Source: Obrimoposthia wandeli (Eukaryota). From it: 64,000 nt of DNA. Below the pieces are notes generated by a model. The model ran no database searches and was not told the origin of the DNA. It saw only the letters and a list, made by a program, of their open reading frames with translations. The stretch is taken from the NCBI GenBank assembly GCA_977020255.1, contig CDROCS010002866.1:62001-126000 (forward strand), written 5' to 3'. The position numbers were made by a program, and so were the translations under genes. Of the stretch, positions 36,164 to 48,595 are shown piece after piece (the first letter of the stretch is position 1; the number at the start of each line of letters is the position of its first letter).

Positions 36164-37027
36164 ATGTCTAAGTACAGTACACATATGGCACCAAGCGATG
36201 CTGAAACCAGAAAACAAGCTAAAGTAACTGTTTGCTATGAAGTTGACCAACTACCCAGTTATGATCATCAGTTTTACCAACAAGCTCGCGCACAACTCAC
36301 CAAAGTTGATGAAATAATTATACCGCCACGAGATGCCGCTAGCTTTAAAGTACCAAAAGGGCATTTTTTCAGAATTAGCAGTGTTGAAGGGCCACAAGTA
36401 GGCGATCTCAATTTATTTAATGCTAACGATATTGAAGAGCGGTTTTTTAGCGGCAAAACCCGCCAATTACAAGCTAGTCATTTAACGACCGGGGATAGAC
36501 TTTGGTCGAATTTACCCAATCTAAGAGCGATAGCTACCATCACCCATGACACTTTAGATTGGTATGGATGGGATAATGATGGCGCTAGCGTTCATGATGT
36601 TATAGGCACTCGGTGTGACCCTTATACTAATCACATGTTAAAACAAACCGATTATCATTATTGCTGCCATTCAAATTTAACACGCGCTTTAGCTGCACAT
36701 CTTAACGTCTCCACTAAAGAAGCTGAACCTTACGTACACGATGTAATGAATGTATTTATGTGTACAGGTTTCACTAAAGATACCCATCAATACTTCATGA
36801 AAGCGAGCCCTGTAAGACCTGGTGATTTTATCGAATTCTTTGCAGAAATAGATTTACTTGGCGTACTTTCTACCTGCCCAGGCGGTGATTGTGGCAGCAG
36901 CCATTCCGATGATGAAACACTTTGTTACCCACTTAAAGTTGAAGTATTTAGCACCCAAAGCGAGAATCTTCTACATTGGAAAGAAGCACAAAAAAGCGCA
37001 TACGATGGCTCCCACGGATTAAAATAA
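36164..37027 (+). CDS. Urea carboxylase-associated family protein (DUF1989-like)
   Basis: EGPQVGDLN, HDVIGTRC, CCHSNL, HDVMNVFMC, GDFIEFFAEIDLL and STCPGG motifs. Confidence 0.85.
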   Translation: MSKYSTHMAPSDAETRKQAKVTVCYEVDQLPSYDHQFYQQARAQLTKVDEIIIPPRDAASFKVPKGHFFRISSVEGPQVGDLNLFNANDIEERFFSGKTRQLQASHLTTGDRLWSNLPNLRAIATITHDTLDWYGWDNDGASVHDVIGTRCDPYTNHMLKQTDYHYCCHSNLTRALAAHLNVSTKEAEPYVHDVMNVFMCTGFTKDTHQYFMKASPVRPGDFIEFFAEIDLLGVLSTCPGGDCGSSHSDDETLCYPLKVEVFSTQSENLLHWKEAQKSAYDGSHGLK

Positions 37028-37042
37028 CTTCATATAAATTTT

Positions 37043-37089
37043 AAATGAGCATCTAGAGCTATTGTACTGCATGCTTTGGATGCTCATTT
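37043..37089. terminator. Long stem-loop downstream of the DUF1989 gene
   Basis: AAATGAGCATCTAGAGC...GCTTTGGATGCTCATTT followed by T. Confidence 0.5.
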
Positions 37090-37319
37090 TCGTTAAAACC
37101 TCACTAAACTTCACCTTTACGCCTTTAGTTACATCGCTCTTGCTCCACCTGAATTGCGCAAAACAGTTTTTTTAGTTACATAAATGTAGAAATTATTAGA
37201 TTTATGCAGAAAACAAATGCCAAGACGAGTGATAAAATTTACTATTGCGCAATAGTGTGTGATTTACCTATTCAGCTCAGCAATATTTGTAGCTCCCAAG
37301 CCTATTGCATATTAACTAA

Positions 37320-38294
<975 letters not shown>

Positions 38295-38319
38295 AAAGAA
38301 AACAACAAGAGGATATAAT

Positions 38320-38793
38320 ATGATTAAAATTGGCGATAGCATTCCTGAAGCTACATTAAAGATCATGAGCGAAAACGGCCCTAAATCTTTTGAAACAGCT
38401 ACTGAGTTCCAGAATAAAAAAGTAGTACTTTTCGCGGTTCCCGGTGCTTTCACACCAACATGTAGCGCAGCTCACCTACCTGGCTTTGTTGTACACTACG
38501 ACCAATTTATTGATGCTGGTGTTGATACTGTTGCATGCCTGTCTGTTAATGACGCTTTCGTTATGAATGCATGGGGCTTAAGCGCAAATGCTGAGAACAT
38601 AGCGATGCTTGCAGACGGCAACGCAACTTTTACTAAAGCTTTAGGCTTAGAATTAGATGCTAGCAAATTCCATATGGGAATTAGATCTAAACGTTTCGCA
38701 TTAGTTATCGATAACGGCATTGTCACTTACGTAGCTGTTGATGATTCTGGTCTTGATAAAACTAGCGCAGAAGAAGTTTTAAAGAACTTATAA
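38320..38793 (+). CDS. Peroxiredoxin (Prx5/type II family)
   Basis: VPGAFTPTCS-HLPG, SVND-FVM-AW, ADGN and RSKRFA motifs. Confidence 0.95.
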   Translation: MIKIGDSIPEATLKIMSENGPKSFETATEFQNKKVVLFAVPGAFTPTCSAAHLPGFVVHYDQFIDAGVDTVACLSVNDAFVMNAWGLSANAENIAMLADGNATFTKALGLELDASKFHMGIRSKRFALVIDNGIVTYVAVDDSGLDKTSAEEVLKNL

Positions 38794-38875
38794 AAATAAA
38801 TGCAGCATCTATTAAATAAGTTCTGTAATTAAGCAAGCTCTGCAATCAATTAAAATAGCATAAGATGAATTTACT

Positions 38876-39589
38876 ATGATCCCTTGGTTGTCAGAGCATA
38901 ATCATGATTTCCCTACTACTTCCAGCGCCTTGAGCGAACCTAATGGCTTGCTCGCCGCTGGCGGCGATTTATCTCCAAATCGCTTAATCGCCGCTTACAA
39001 GCAAGGGATTTTCCCCTGGTACAGCGATCCTGACCCTATATTGTGGTGGAGCCCTGCGCCAAGATGTGTGCTACCTATAGATCAGCTGCATGTTTCCAAG
39101 AGCTTGAAAAAAGCCATTAAGAAAAAACAATTCTCAGTCAGCTTTGATAAAGCGTTTAGCCAGGTTATACATCAGTGTTCACTCTCTCGTAAGGATCAAG
39201 AGGGAACATGGATAACCGATGATATCCAAGCTGCTTACTTGCAACTGCATCACATGGGCGTTGCTCATAGTGTAGAAGTCTGGGATCAAAATGAACTCGT
39301 TGGTGGCTTATATGGCATTGCTTTAGGTAATGTTTTTTTTGGGGAATCTATGTTCAGCAAACAAGACAACAGCTCAAAAATTGCTTTTTGCTTTTTAGTT
39401 AATCAACTTAGAAGCTGGCATTTTAAAGTGATAGACTGCCAAGTTCACAGCCCGCATCTACAGAGCTTAGGAGCAATTGAAATTGATAGAAAAGATTTCC
39501 TCAGCTACTTAGCAAATCAAGATAAGAGCCCCACACTGGCTCCCAATGGATATTGGGATTTATCTATACTGGCTGAAGATATCTGTTAA
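38876..39589 (+). CDS. aat: Leucyl/phenylalanyl-tRNA--protein transferase
   Basis: PNGLLAAGGDL, AYKQGIFPW, WWSP, AHSVEVW and FFGESMFS motifs. Confidence 0.97.
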   Translation: MIPWLSEHNHDFPTTSSALSEPNGLLAAGGDLSPNRLIAAYKQGIFPWYSDPDPILWWSPAPRCVLPIDQLHVSKSLKKAIKKKQFSVSFDKAFSQVIHQCSLSRKDQEGTWITDDIQAAYLQLHHMGVAHSVEVWDQNELVGGLYGIALGNVFFGESMFSKQDNSSKIAFCFLVNQLRSWHFKVIDCQVHSPHLQSLGAIEIDRKDFLSYLANQDKSPTLAPNGYWDLSILAEDIC

Positions 39590-39733
39590 TGTAGCTGCAA
39601 CGGGTCTATAAACACCAAAGCTGGCAAGAGATACCACATCAACACGATGTGCTTTAAACCAACCCCTGCTATAATTAAAACTTAAGACTAAAATCTAAAA
39701 CTCCCTTTAAATTATTAATGATAGCAGATTCGT

Positions 39734-40444
39734 ATGACGCAATTGACAGAACTACAGTTTTACGCAACCCCTGAACACGATTGCAGCTACATTTCTGAAT
39801 TAAAGGCTAAAACACTTTTCATCGACCCAAAAACAGATATTGATCAAATCGTTTATACCCAGTTATCCGAACTTGGATTTAGACGCAGTGGCACCCATAT
39901 CTATCGTCCGCACTGCGATGATTGTCAATCTTGTATCTCTATCAGAGTAGCAGGCGATACTTTTAAAATGTCTAATTCTCAACGAAGAGTGTTTAACAAG
40001 AATAAAGATATCATTGTTACTAAAGTACCAGCCAAATTCACAGATGAATACTACGCACTTTACGAAAAATACATAAACACACGCCATCAAGATGGGGATA
40101 TGCACCCTCCTTCTGAAGAACAGTTCAAAAGCTTCTTAATAGATTCTAAACAAAACAGCAGTTTCTTAGAATTTAGACTTCCTACTGGAGAACTAATCGC
40201 TGTAGCTAGTATTGATGTATTAGAAAAAGCACTCTCTGCTGTTTACACCTTTTTTGATCCCAGCCTAACAAAAAGAAGCTTAGGCACCTTCGCTATATTA
40301 TGGCAAATTATAGAAGTCCAAAGGAGCAGCCTTAATTACTTATACTTAGGTTACTGGGTTGAAGATTGTCAAAAAATGAAATACAAAACAGATTTCAGGC
40401 CTATGGAATTACTCATAAATGGAAAATGGCTTCAAGCAACTTAA
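39734..40444 (+). CDS. ate: Arginyl-tRNA-protein transferase / Asp-Glu leucyltransferase (Ate/Bpt)
   Basis: HDCSY, GFRRSG-HIYRPHC, SAVYTFFDP, SLGT and YLYLGYWV motifs. Confidence 0.93.
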   Translation: MTQLTELQFYATPEHDCSYISELKAKTLFIDPKTDIDQIVYTQLSELGFRRSGTHIYRPHCDDCQSCISIRVAGDTFKMSNSQRRVFNKNKDIIVTKVPAKFTDEYYALYEKYINTRHQDGDMHPPSEEQFKSFLIDSKQNSSFLEFRLPTGELIAVASIDVLEKALSAVYTFFDPSLTKRSLGTFAILWQIIEVQRSSLNYLYLGYWVEDCQKMKYKTDFRPMELLINGKWLQAT

Positions 40445-40710
40445 TTTTTAAGCGGGCACATACATTACTAACAACTGCTTAACACAGATTATTACGATTC
40501 TTTTTTAGCACTGTGAAATACAAACATCCTGCTATTTAGCTGCACTTTTCGCTACTTTTAAAGCTATCTGATGTCATTTTACAGTTAATTTGCTTATTTT
40601 CACATAAGTTCAATAAATTCCTTTGATATTGTGTGTGTTTTTTGGCAGAATACGGGCCGCTCTGCAGTGGGTTCTTGGCCCATTCAGCACTTTCCACAGG
40701 TAGGTAATCA

Positions 40711-40929
40711 ATGGCTAAAGAAGAAAGCATCGAAATGGAAGGCACCGTAATTGATACGCTGCCTAACACTATGTTCCGCGTAGAGTTAGAAAACGGTCAC
40801 GTTGTCACGGCTCACATATCCGGAAAAATGCGTAAGAACTACATCCGTATTCTTACAGGTGATAAGGTAAAAGTTGAATTAACACCTTACGATTTAAATA
40901 AAGGTCGCATCGTTTATCGTGCTCGCTGA
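40711..40929 (+). CDS. infA: Translation initiation factor IF-1
   Basis: [11 protein letters not shown]...[15 protein letters not shown]...[17 protein letters not shown]. Confidence 0.99.
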   Translation: MAKEESIEMEGTVIDTLPNTMFRVELENGHVVTAHISGKMRKNYIRILTGDKVKVELTPYDLNKGRIVYRAR

Positions 40930-41278
40930 TAATACGAACTGTCTGGATAAAACCTAAAGTAAACACCTGCTTTTAGCGTACCCCAGCTTAAAACAATGAC
41001 ATGTTATTTAAGCTATCTATATTTCAACTGCACCATCTCGCAAATTTACATCCTCTAATACAATATTAGAGGATGTTTATATCTACCTCGTTTAATATAA
41101 TTAACAAACTTTTGACACAATGCATCCAACTTAAGTTAATCGTATTACATTTTTTGATATGCTCTAGATTTAGCTAAAAACTGAACTCTTTAATAATAAT
41201 CAAAGACCAGAGAAAAAACTGTTTATAAAAAGCCTAATTTGCCGGTTCAATTTAAGCTTTTATCAACGAATAATACTA

Positions 41279-41467
41279 TTAATGCATCTCGTCATATTTT
41301 TTGCGTATAGCAAACAATTGAGGCTGAATATCCAGAGGTGCAAAATTCATAGCCTGCTCAAACAAGCCTTTATTTTCTTCAGACAATCGCTCCTCTTCTG
41401 TCATTTTTGTTAACTTTCTCATCGCTTCAACAAATCTTGGATCGTAATTTTCTGTACTCATATTCAT
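41279..41467 (-). CDS. Small hypothetical protein (62 aa)
   Basis: GTGAGG RBS upstream; helical, charged, protein-like composition; isolated in an intergenic region. Confidence 0.65.
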   Translation of the reverse strand: MNMSTENYDPRFVEAMRKLTKMTEEERLSEENKGLFEQAMNFAPLDIQPQLFAIRKKYDEMH

Positions 41468-41993
41468 TCCTCACTTACAGCTTCTTAAGATCAAATAAGT
41501 ATACCAAATACCTGCAAAATACCGCTAGCTACATCCAACACTCAGTACAAATAAGTAATGAGTATTACTCCGTTTCTAACTTCCTGATTATTACTTAAAC
41601 AATTTTCATAAAATGCACAGCGAAAAACCAAAACACTTGCTACCAACTACCAGTTTACAATCGCGAAAAATAGCTTCTTACCTTGTTATTTTGCCCGAAC
41701 CCATAGTTTTCACTGTTAAGCTTTTGTTGTTTATCCAAACTTGCTGTCGCGCATATAACAATTAGCACTTAATTATGCTTTTTATCTATCTTTTCTTGTT
41801 CAATGACCAGACTCCTCATAAAATACTACAACGGTAAACTTAATCGACAATAGCTTACAATCTGCAGAACGCAGAACGCTCTCTGAATCCTAAATCTTAC
41901 TTTTATTGATTTCATGATGGCTAGGCAATCGTATCGCTTATTACTTGGCATTAAGAACCCAAACCCTATTACCCTTAAAGGCTTATATTCACT

Positions 41994-43712
41994 ATGCGCG
42001 CCAGCAACTTTCTAATTTCAACTTTAAAAGAAACCCCATCTGATGCTGAAGTAATCAGCCATCAATTGATGCTTAGAGCCGGTATGATCCGCAAATCAGC
42101 ATCAGGGTTATATTCTTGGCTGCCACTTGGCCTGAAAGTAGTGCGCAAGGTTGAAAAAATTGTGCGCGAAGAGATGGACAGAGCAGGCGCTTTAGAAATC
42201 TTAATGCCTTCAGTACAACCCGCTGAAATCTGGAAAGAATCAGGCAGATGGGTAGAATACGGCCCCGAGCTGTTACGCATTAATGATAGACACGGTTCTG
42301 AATTTTGCTTAGGCCCTACCCATGAAGAAGTAATTACTGACATTGTTAAAAAAGAACTGCGCAGCTACAAACAGCTACCTGTAAACTTTTACCAAGTACA
42401 GACTAAATTTCGCGATGAAATCCGCCCACGATTTGGTGTAATGCGCTCCCGTGAATTCATCATGAAAGATGCTTATTCTTTCCATGTAAATGAAGATTCT
42501 TTAAAAGATACTTATCAAACAATGTTTGATGCTTACGTTAGAATTTTTGATCGTTTAGGCTTGGATTATCGACCTGTAATTGCAGACAACGGCTCTATCG
42601 GTGGTTCTGGGTCACATGAATTCCATGTGCTCGCATCATCTGGTGAAGATGACATTGCCTTTTCCGATCAAAGCGATTATGCAGCAAATGTAGAATCAGC
42701 AGAAGCACTAGCTCCAACTTACGCAAGAGCTGCTTCTACTATGGAACTACACATAAAAGACACTCCTAACGCCAAAACCATTGCCGCTTTAGTAGAACAA
42801 TTTGACCTGGTAATTGAAAAAACGGTGAAAACGCTGATTGTAGAAGCCGAGGAAGGCAGTGACTCAGAACTAGTTGCATTGATCGTTCGCGGTGATCATG
42901 ACTTAAACGAAATAAAAGCCGAGAAATGCACTGCTGTAAAAAGCCCTTTAACGTTTGCCAGCGAAGAAGCCCTACTTAAAAACATTGGCGCCAATGCAGG
43001 CTCTCTTGGCCCAATTGATTTAAAGATGCCTATCATTATCGATAGAAGTGTTGCATTAATGTCTGATTTTAGTGCAGGCGCCAACGTCGACGATAAACAT
43101 TACTTTGGGATTAACTGGGAAAGAGATTTACCTATTCCTGAAATTGCTGATTTGCGCAATGTCCAAGCAGGCGACCCAAGCCCATGTGGCGAAGGCACGC
43201 TATCAATCAAACGTGGTATTGAAGTTGGTCACATATTCCAATTAGGCTTAAAATATTCACAGGCGATGAATGCAACTGTACTTGATGAAAACGGCAAATC
43301 TCAGCACATGCACATGGGATGCTATGGTATAGGCATAACCCGAGCTGTTGCAGCGGCTATTGAACAGAACTACGATGATAGCGGTATTATCTGGCCTACT
43401 AACCTAGCGCCATTTAAAGTAGCACTTGTCCCTTTAAACTATGACAAATCAGAGGATGTTCAACAAACAACTGATGCACTTTATCAGCAGCTGCAATCTG
43501 CAGGTGTCGACGTTTTTCTCGATGATAGAAAAGAACGCCCAGGCGTTAAATTTGCCGATATGGAGTTAATGGGCATGCCTCACAGACTTGTAATTTCTGA
43601 TCGCGGCATCAAAGCGGGCACTTTTGAATACAAAGGCCGCACTGATGATGAAAAACAAGATATAAGCTCAGAAGGTGCTTGTGAATACTTACTTGCACAA
43701 ATAAATAAGTAG
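41994..43712 (+). CDS. proS: Proline--tRNA ligase (with YbaK-like insertion domain)
   Basis: [41 protein letters not shown] and GCYGIG motifs. Confidence 0.99.
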   Translation: MRASNFLISTLKETPSDAEVISHQLMLRAGMIRKSASGLYSWLPLGLKVVRKVEKIVREEMDRAGALEILMPSVQPAEIWKESGRWVEYGPELLRINDRHGSEFCLGPTHEEVITDIVKKELRSYKQLPVNFYQVQTKFRDEIRPRFGVMRSREFIMKDAYSFHVNEDSLKDTYQTMFDAYVRIFDRLGLDYRPVIADNGSIGGSGSHEFHVLASSGEDDIAFSDQSDYAANVESAEALAPTYARAASTMELHIKDTPNAKTIAALVEQFDLVIEKTVKTLIVEAEEGSDSELVALIVRGDHDLNEIKAEKCTAVKSPLTFASEEALLKNIGANAGSLGPIDLKMPIIIDRSVALMSDFSAGANVDDKHYFGINWERDLPIPEIADLRNVQAGDPSPCGEGTLSIKRGIEVGHIFQLGLKYSQAMNATVLDENGKSQHMHMGCYGIGITRAVAAAIEQNYDDSGIIWPTNLAPFKVALVPLNYDKSEDVQQTTDALYQQLQSAGVDVFLDDRKERPGVKFADMELMGMPHRLVISDRGIKAGTFEYKGRTDDEKQDISSEGACEYLLAQINK

Positions 43713-43720
43713 CCCTTACT

Positions 43721-44287
43721 TTGAAAGCATTACAACGGGCCGCCGTGCCCGTTTTATTAAGCCTATACTGTCTTCAGGCTTTTGGCCAAAGCCAGTCAGA
43801 TATAAGCCCGCTACTTCGCCAGGCACTCAAACAATCTATTGCGCAAGCCTCTAGCTTTGAAGATCGCTTTGATGCTGAAGTATGGCTCATTGACATGTCA
43901 GGCCGTATTAATGGCTTTGTTCGTGATGAACTCGAGCGCATCGAAATTCTTAAGGCTGTACATGCTCAAGCGGCTATCAACAAACTACCAATTGATATAG
44001 TAATGGGTCTAATAGAAACGGAAAGCCATTTCAATCGCTTTGCGCTCTCCCCTGCTGGCGCACAAGGCTTAATGCAGATAATGCCCTTTTGGAAGCTAGA
44101 AATCGGCAGACCTATGGATAACCTAATCGATATTGCTACCAATATTCGCTACGGCTGCACAATTCTAAAACACTACCTTGATCGAGAACGAGGCGACATG
44201 ACCAAAGCGCTCGCTCGTTATAATGGCTCTCGAGGCAAACAAATCTACCCTAATAAAATTTATAAAAACCGCACTAAGTACCAATAA
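43721..44287 (+). CDS. Lytic transglycosylase (SLT domain)
   Basis: IETESHF, SPAGAQGLMQIMPFW and ALARYNG motifs; TTG start with a signal-like N-terminus. Confidence 0.92.
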   Translation: MKALQRAAVPVLLSLYCLQAFGQSQSDISPLLRQALKQSIAQASSFEDRFDAEVWLIDMSGRINGFVRDELERIEILKAVHAQAAINKLPIDIVMGLIETESHFNRFALSPAGAQGLMQIMPFWKLEIGRPMDNLIDIATNIRYGCTILKHYLDRERGDMTKALARYNGSRGKQIYPNKIYKNRTKYQ

Positions 44288-44412
44288 TATATTTTTTATC
44301 ACACTATAACTTTCTTATATTCCATGCTTTCGTGCCTGCTTTTATAATGATTCTTAATCAATAAAACTGTTTATCTCGAATAACATGAGTAAGTGACATT
44401 ATTGAAGAACCT

Positions 44413-44445
44413 ATACTTGACTAAAATACTAGGTTTATTCATAAT
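44413..44445 (+). promoter_or_regulatory. iscR promoter with a type-1 IscR-like operator
   Basis: ATACTTGACTAAAATACTAGGTTTAT resembles ATASYYGACT-type IscR sites; TTGACT, 17-bp spacer, CATAAT. Confidence 0.6.
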
Positions 44446-44476
44446 TACACTCTTAGATAACCTCACTGGAAAATCG

Positions 44477-44944
44477 ATGCGCTTAACAACCAAAGGAAGA
44501 TATGCAGTCACTGCGATGCTAGATTTAGCATTACATACCACTGACGGCCCCATAAGCCTTTCTTGTATATCGGAAAGACAAGGCATTTCGCTGTCTTATT
44601 TAGAGCAATTATTTTCTAAATTACGCAAAGGGCAACTGGTTAACAGCATCAGAGGACCTGGTGGTGGCTACCAACTCAATAGAAATACAAATGAGATTAA
44701 TGTTGCCCAAATAATAGATGCTGTCAATGAATCTATTGATGCAACAAATTGTGGCGGTACAGGTGATTGCCAAGACGGTGATTTTTGTCTCACACACCAT
44801 CTATGGACGGATTTAAGCGATCAAATACATCAATTTTTGAGCAGCATTAGTTTAGCAAAACTTGTCGAAAGAAAAGATGTTGATTTGATAGCAATACGCC
44901 AGAATGATGTTCAAAACCTCAATTTCACCCAAAACAGTATTTAA
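44477..44944 (+). CDS. iscR: Fe-S cluster assembly regulator IscR (Rrf2); start ATG 44477
   Basis: [33 protein letters not shown] and C-X5-C-X5-C-LTH ligands. Confidence 0.95.
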   Translation: MRLTTKGRYAVTAMLDLALHTTDGPISLSCISERQGISLSYLEQLFSKLRKGQLVNSIRGPGGGYQLNRNTNEINVAQIIDAVNESIDATNCGGTGDCQDGDFCLTHHLWTDLSDQIHQFLSSISLAKLVERKDVDLIAIRQNDVQNLNFTQNSI

Positions 44945-45089
44945 ATGATTTTCCACAAATTAAATACTGAGTAACAATCGAATTTAAACCGATAAATATC
45001 AATCTATTAACCTGCACTAACCCAAACGATCAATAGAATCGTTACCTAAGTTAATAGTGAAATTAGTATTATTAAATGAGCAATGACAA

Positions 45090-46526
45090 ATGACCGATCA
45101 ATTAGATGAGGCGCTCTCCAGAGAATACGAAGCTGGATTTGTCTCAAACGTAGAATCAAGAACTTTCGATCCCGGTGTTGATGAATCTGTTATACGTCGA
45201 ATTTCAAATATGAAAGACGAACCTCAATGGATGCTTGACTGGCGCCTGAAAGCGTTTGCTTTATGGCAACAAATGCCTGAACCCGATTGGGCACATGTCG
45301 CTTATGATAAAATAGATTTCCAATCTATTTCCTATTACAGCGCACCTAAAAGCATGGATGAAAGACCGAAATCTCTCGATGAAGTTGATCCTGAACTGCT
45401 TCGCACCTATGAAAAGTTAGGCATTCCGCTTATCGAGCAACAACAGCTAGCGGGCATCGCAGTTGATGTGGTTTTTGACTCTGTATCGGTTGTTACAACG
45501 TTTAGAGAAAAACTTAAAGAGCAAGGCGTTATTTTTTGCCCAATTTCAGACGCTATTAAAGAGCACCCTGAACTGGTTAAAAAATACTTAGGAACCGTGG
45601 TTAGTCAGAAAGATAATTTCTTTGCAGCACTTAATTGCGCCGTGTTCACAGATGGATCATTTGTTTATATTCCCAAAGGCACTCGCTGCCCAATGGAGCT
45701 TTCAACATACTTTAGAATAAACGAACTCAATACCGGGCAATTCGAGCGCACTTTAATTATCGCGGATGAAGGTAGCCATGTCAGCTATTTAGAAGGCTGC
45801 ACCGCACCCCAACGTGACGAGAATCAGCTTCACGCAGCCGTCGTAGAACTTGTTTGCTTAGACGGTGCTGAGATTAAATACTCCACCGTGCAGAATTGGT
45901 ATCCAGGTGATGAAAACGGCAAAGGCGGCATCTATAACTTTGTTACCAAAAGAGGCATCTGTCACGACAACGCTAAAATCTCTTGGACACAAGTTGAAAC
46001 AGGCTCTGCCGTTACTTGGAAATACCCAAGCTGTATTTTAAAAGGCGACAACAGTGTAGGTGAATTTTATTCCGTTGCCCTAACTCGTGGTGCCCAACAA
46101 GCTGATACCGGCACTAAGATGATTCATCTTGGAAAGAACACAAAATCCACAATCATCTCCAAGGGCATTTCTGCTGGTAAAAGTAATAATAGCTACCGCG
46201 GGCTTGTTCACATGGGTAAAAGCTCGAGCGGTTCTCGAAACTTCACACAGTGTGATTCACTGCTTATTGGCGACAAATGCGGAGCGCACACCTTCCCTTA
46301 CGTGGAAAGTCGCAACCCTACAGCGATTGTTGAGCACGAAGCCACCACTTCTAAAGTGAGTGACGATCAAATGTTCTTGTGCAGACAGCGCGGACTTGAT
46401 CCTGAAAAGGCAGTTTCAATGATAGTGAATGGCTTCTGTAAAGAAGTATTTAAAGAATTACCTATGGAGTTTGCGGTGGAAGCTGGCAAACTTTTAGAGA
46501 TAAGCCTTGAAGGTTCTGTAGGCTAA
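45090..46526 (+). CDS. sufB: Fe-S cluster assembly scaffold
   Basis: [31 protein letters not shown] and HEATTSK motifs. Confidence 0.98.
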   Translation: MTDQLDEALSREYEAGFVSNVESRTFDPGVDESVIRRISNMKDEPQWMLDWRLKAFALWQQMPEPDWAHVAYDKIDFQSISYYSAPKSMDERPKSLDEVDPELLRTYEKLGIPLIEQQQLAGIAVDVVFDSVSVVTTFREKLKEQGVIFCPISDAIKEHPELVKKYLGTVVSQKDNFFAALNCAVFTDGSFVYIPKGTRCPMELSTYFRINELNTGQFERTLIIADEGSHVSYLEGCTAPQRDENQLHAAVVELVCLDGAEIKYSTVQNWYPGDENGKGGIYNFVTKRGICHDNAKISWTQVETGSAVTWKYPSCILKGDNSVGEFYSVALTRGAQQADTGTKMIHLGKNTKSTIISKGISAGKSNNSYRGLVHMGKSSSGSRNFTQCDSLLIGDKCGAHTFPYVESRNPTAIVEHEATTSKVSDDQMFLCRQRGLDPEKAVSMIVNGFCKEVFKELPMEFAVEAGKLLEISLEGSVG

Positions 46527-46575
46527 AACACTTAGCAAACACACCCATTCAGGTAACGGTTTAGGATTAATACAC

Positions 46576-47343
46576 ATGTTAAAGATTAATAACTTGCACG
46601 CCAGCGTAGCTGAAAACAACATCATTAAAGGTTTGGACTTAACCATCAATGCAGGTGAAGTTCATGCCATTATGGGCCCTAATGGAGCCGGCAAAAGCAC
46701 CTTAAGCTACGCGCTTACAGGCAGAGAAAACTACGAAGTAACGCAAGGATCTGCTCTTTTAGATGGTAAAGATTTATTAGATTTAGAAGTTGAAGAACGC
46801 GCCAGCGCAGGTTTGTTCTTGGCGTTTCAATATCCTGTAGAGATTCCTGGTGTCAGTAATATGGAATTTTTAAAGGCCTCTGTAGACGCACAACGTAAAG
46901 CGCGTGATTTAGAAGCACTGACCTCTTCGGAATTTTTAAAGCGTGCGAAAGCTGCTTGTAAGCAAGTAAATTTACCGCTTAGTTTCCTCAAGCGTGGCGT
47001 AAACGAAGGCTTTTCTGGCGGTGAAAAGAAGCGTAACGAAATCATGCAAATGATTTTATTAGAACCTAAGTTAAGTATCTTAGATGAATCTGATTCAGGT
47101 TTAGACATTGATGCACTAAAAGTTGTAGCTGAAGGCATCAACAGCCAGCGTGACGGCCAACGTTCTTTTTTAGTCATCACTCACTACCAGCGTTTGCTTG
47201 ACTATATCAAACCAGACTACGTGCATGTTTTAGCAGATGGAAAAATCGTAAAAAGTGGCGGCCCTGAGCTCGCGCTGGAACTTGAAGCTCAAGGATACGC
47301 TTGGTTAGAGTCTTATGATCGCACTGCACAGGATGAAGATTAA
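46576..47343 (+). CDS. sufC: Fe-S cluster assembly ATPase
   Basis: GPNGAGKS, FQYPVEIPGV, NEGFSGGEKKRNE, LDESDSGLDID and THYQR motifs. Confidence 0.98.
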   Translation: MLKINNLHASVAENNIIKGLDLTINAGEVHAIMGPNGAGKSTLSYALTGRENYEVTQGSALLDGKDLLDLEVEERASAGLFLAFQYPVEIPGVSNMEFLKASVDAQRKARDLEALTSSEFLKRAKAACKQVNLPLSFLKRGVNEGFSGGEKKRNEIMQMILLEPKLSILDESDSGLDIDALKVVAEGINSQRDGQRSFLVITHYQRLLDYIKPDYVHVLADGKIVKSGGPELALELEAQGYAWLESYDRTAQDED

Positions 47344-48593
47344 TGAGCAGCTGGCTAGCACACACGATTACCCAAGCAGAAACCGTTAGCGACTGGTTAT
47401 CACCTAAGCGAGCAGCATCGCTTGAACTGCTTAAAAATACTACTTGGCCTAGTCGCAAAACAGAAGCATGGAAATACACACCTATCAATGTGATAGAGCG
47501 AGCTAACTTTACATCTAATAGCACATCTAACACAGTCGCTTCTGATATCCCTAATTTAAATGCTATCAACTTAGTATTTATTGATGGCATTTTTGATGCA
47601 CAAGCTTCAGACAATCAATTTCCTGAAGGCTTGACAATTACATCATTAGACAATGCAGACAACAACGACTGGGCGCTAGAGAGCTTTACACAAACGAAGC
47701 CTGATCGTCATTTTTTTGGTTTAATCAATGATACTTTAGCCACTCAAGGCAGCATTATTGACGTCAGTGCTGATTGTGCCATAAACCAACCTATTCGTAT
47801 CGTACAAAGCTTTAATAGCGGTTCACAATCTCACACACGCATCATAATGCGTGTTGGAAAAAACGCTAAAGCTTGTGTTATTGAACAGCTTGAAGGCAAC
47901 GAGCTATGCTTAAATACTAGCTTCGCAGAATATCAAATTTGCGATGGAGCCACTCTTGAGCACTATCGCTTAGCTATGCAATGCCAACAGGCGATCAGTG
48001 TCGGTGGTTGTCATTTTAAACTAGGTCATTCTTCTCGTTTAAATAGCAACTTAATTGGCTTTGGTAGCCAGCTCTCACGTGTTGATATGGATATTATCCA
48101 TGCAGGCGAAAATAGTGATGCAAAACTAAACGTCATTTATTTACTTGATGGAAGAGAGATCTTCGATCTTCACAGCTGCATAGAGCACACCCAGCCTAAT
48201 GGCACGAGTGAACAGAATGTGCGCTGTATTGTCGCCGATCATGCAAACGCTATCTTTAATGGCCGTATACACATACATCGCGACGCACAAAAAATTCTGG
48301 CTGAAATGAATAATCGCAATTTATTAATGTCTCCAAATGCACAGATCAACACTAAACCGGAGCTTGAAATTTACGCTGATGATGTGCGCTGCGCCCATGG
48401 CGCTACGATGGCTGAAATTGATGAAGGCGCCATGTTCTACCTTCAATCTAGAGGCATCAGCCGCACTGACGCGCAAGTTCTGCTCAGTTTTGGTTTTATC
48501 AATGAATTGGTTGATTTGATGAACAATAACGCGGTTGCTGAATGGTTACGCCCTCAACTACGCGCTCGCTTTGCTGCTATGGAGATACGTTAA
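47343..48593 (+). CDS. sufD: Fe-S cluster assembly protein
   Basis: EAWKYT, FNGRIHI, NRNLL and TKPELEIYADDVRCAHGAT motifs. Confidence 0.96.
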   Translation: MSSWLAHTITQAETVSDWLSPKRAASLELLKNTTWPSRKTEAWKYTPINVIERANFTSNSTSNTVASDIPNLNAINLVFIDGIFDAQASDNQFPEGLTITSLDNADNNDWALESFTQTKPDRHFFGLINDTLATQGSIIDVSADCAINQPIRIVQSFNSGSQSHTRIIMRVGKNAKACVIEQLEGNELCLNTSFAEYQICDGATLEHYRLAMQCQQAISVGGCHFKLGHSSRLNSNLIGFGSQLSRVDMDIIHAGENSDAKLNVIYLLDGREIFDLHSCIEHTQPNGTSEQNVRCIVADHANAIFNGRIHIHRDAQKILAEMNNRNLLMSPNAQINTKPELEIYADDVRCAHGATMAEIDEGAMFYLQSRGISRTDAQVLLSFGFINELVDLMNNNAVAEWLRPQLRARFAAMEIR

Positions 48594-48595
48594 CA

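Noticed and set aside
41600-41990. Possible sRNA or cold-shock gene remnant upstream of proS
   Set aside because: No continuous frame, recognisable RNA motif or strong terminator.
44393-44476. N-terminal extensions in the ORF track (iscR; likewise cobC, cobW, cbiX, sufS, sufT and the ChlI/D gene)
   Set aside because: The extensions overlap promoters or upstream genes; family homology begins at the downstream ATG used in the feature list.
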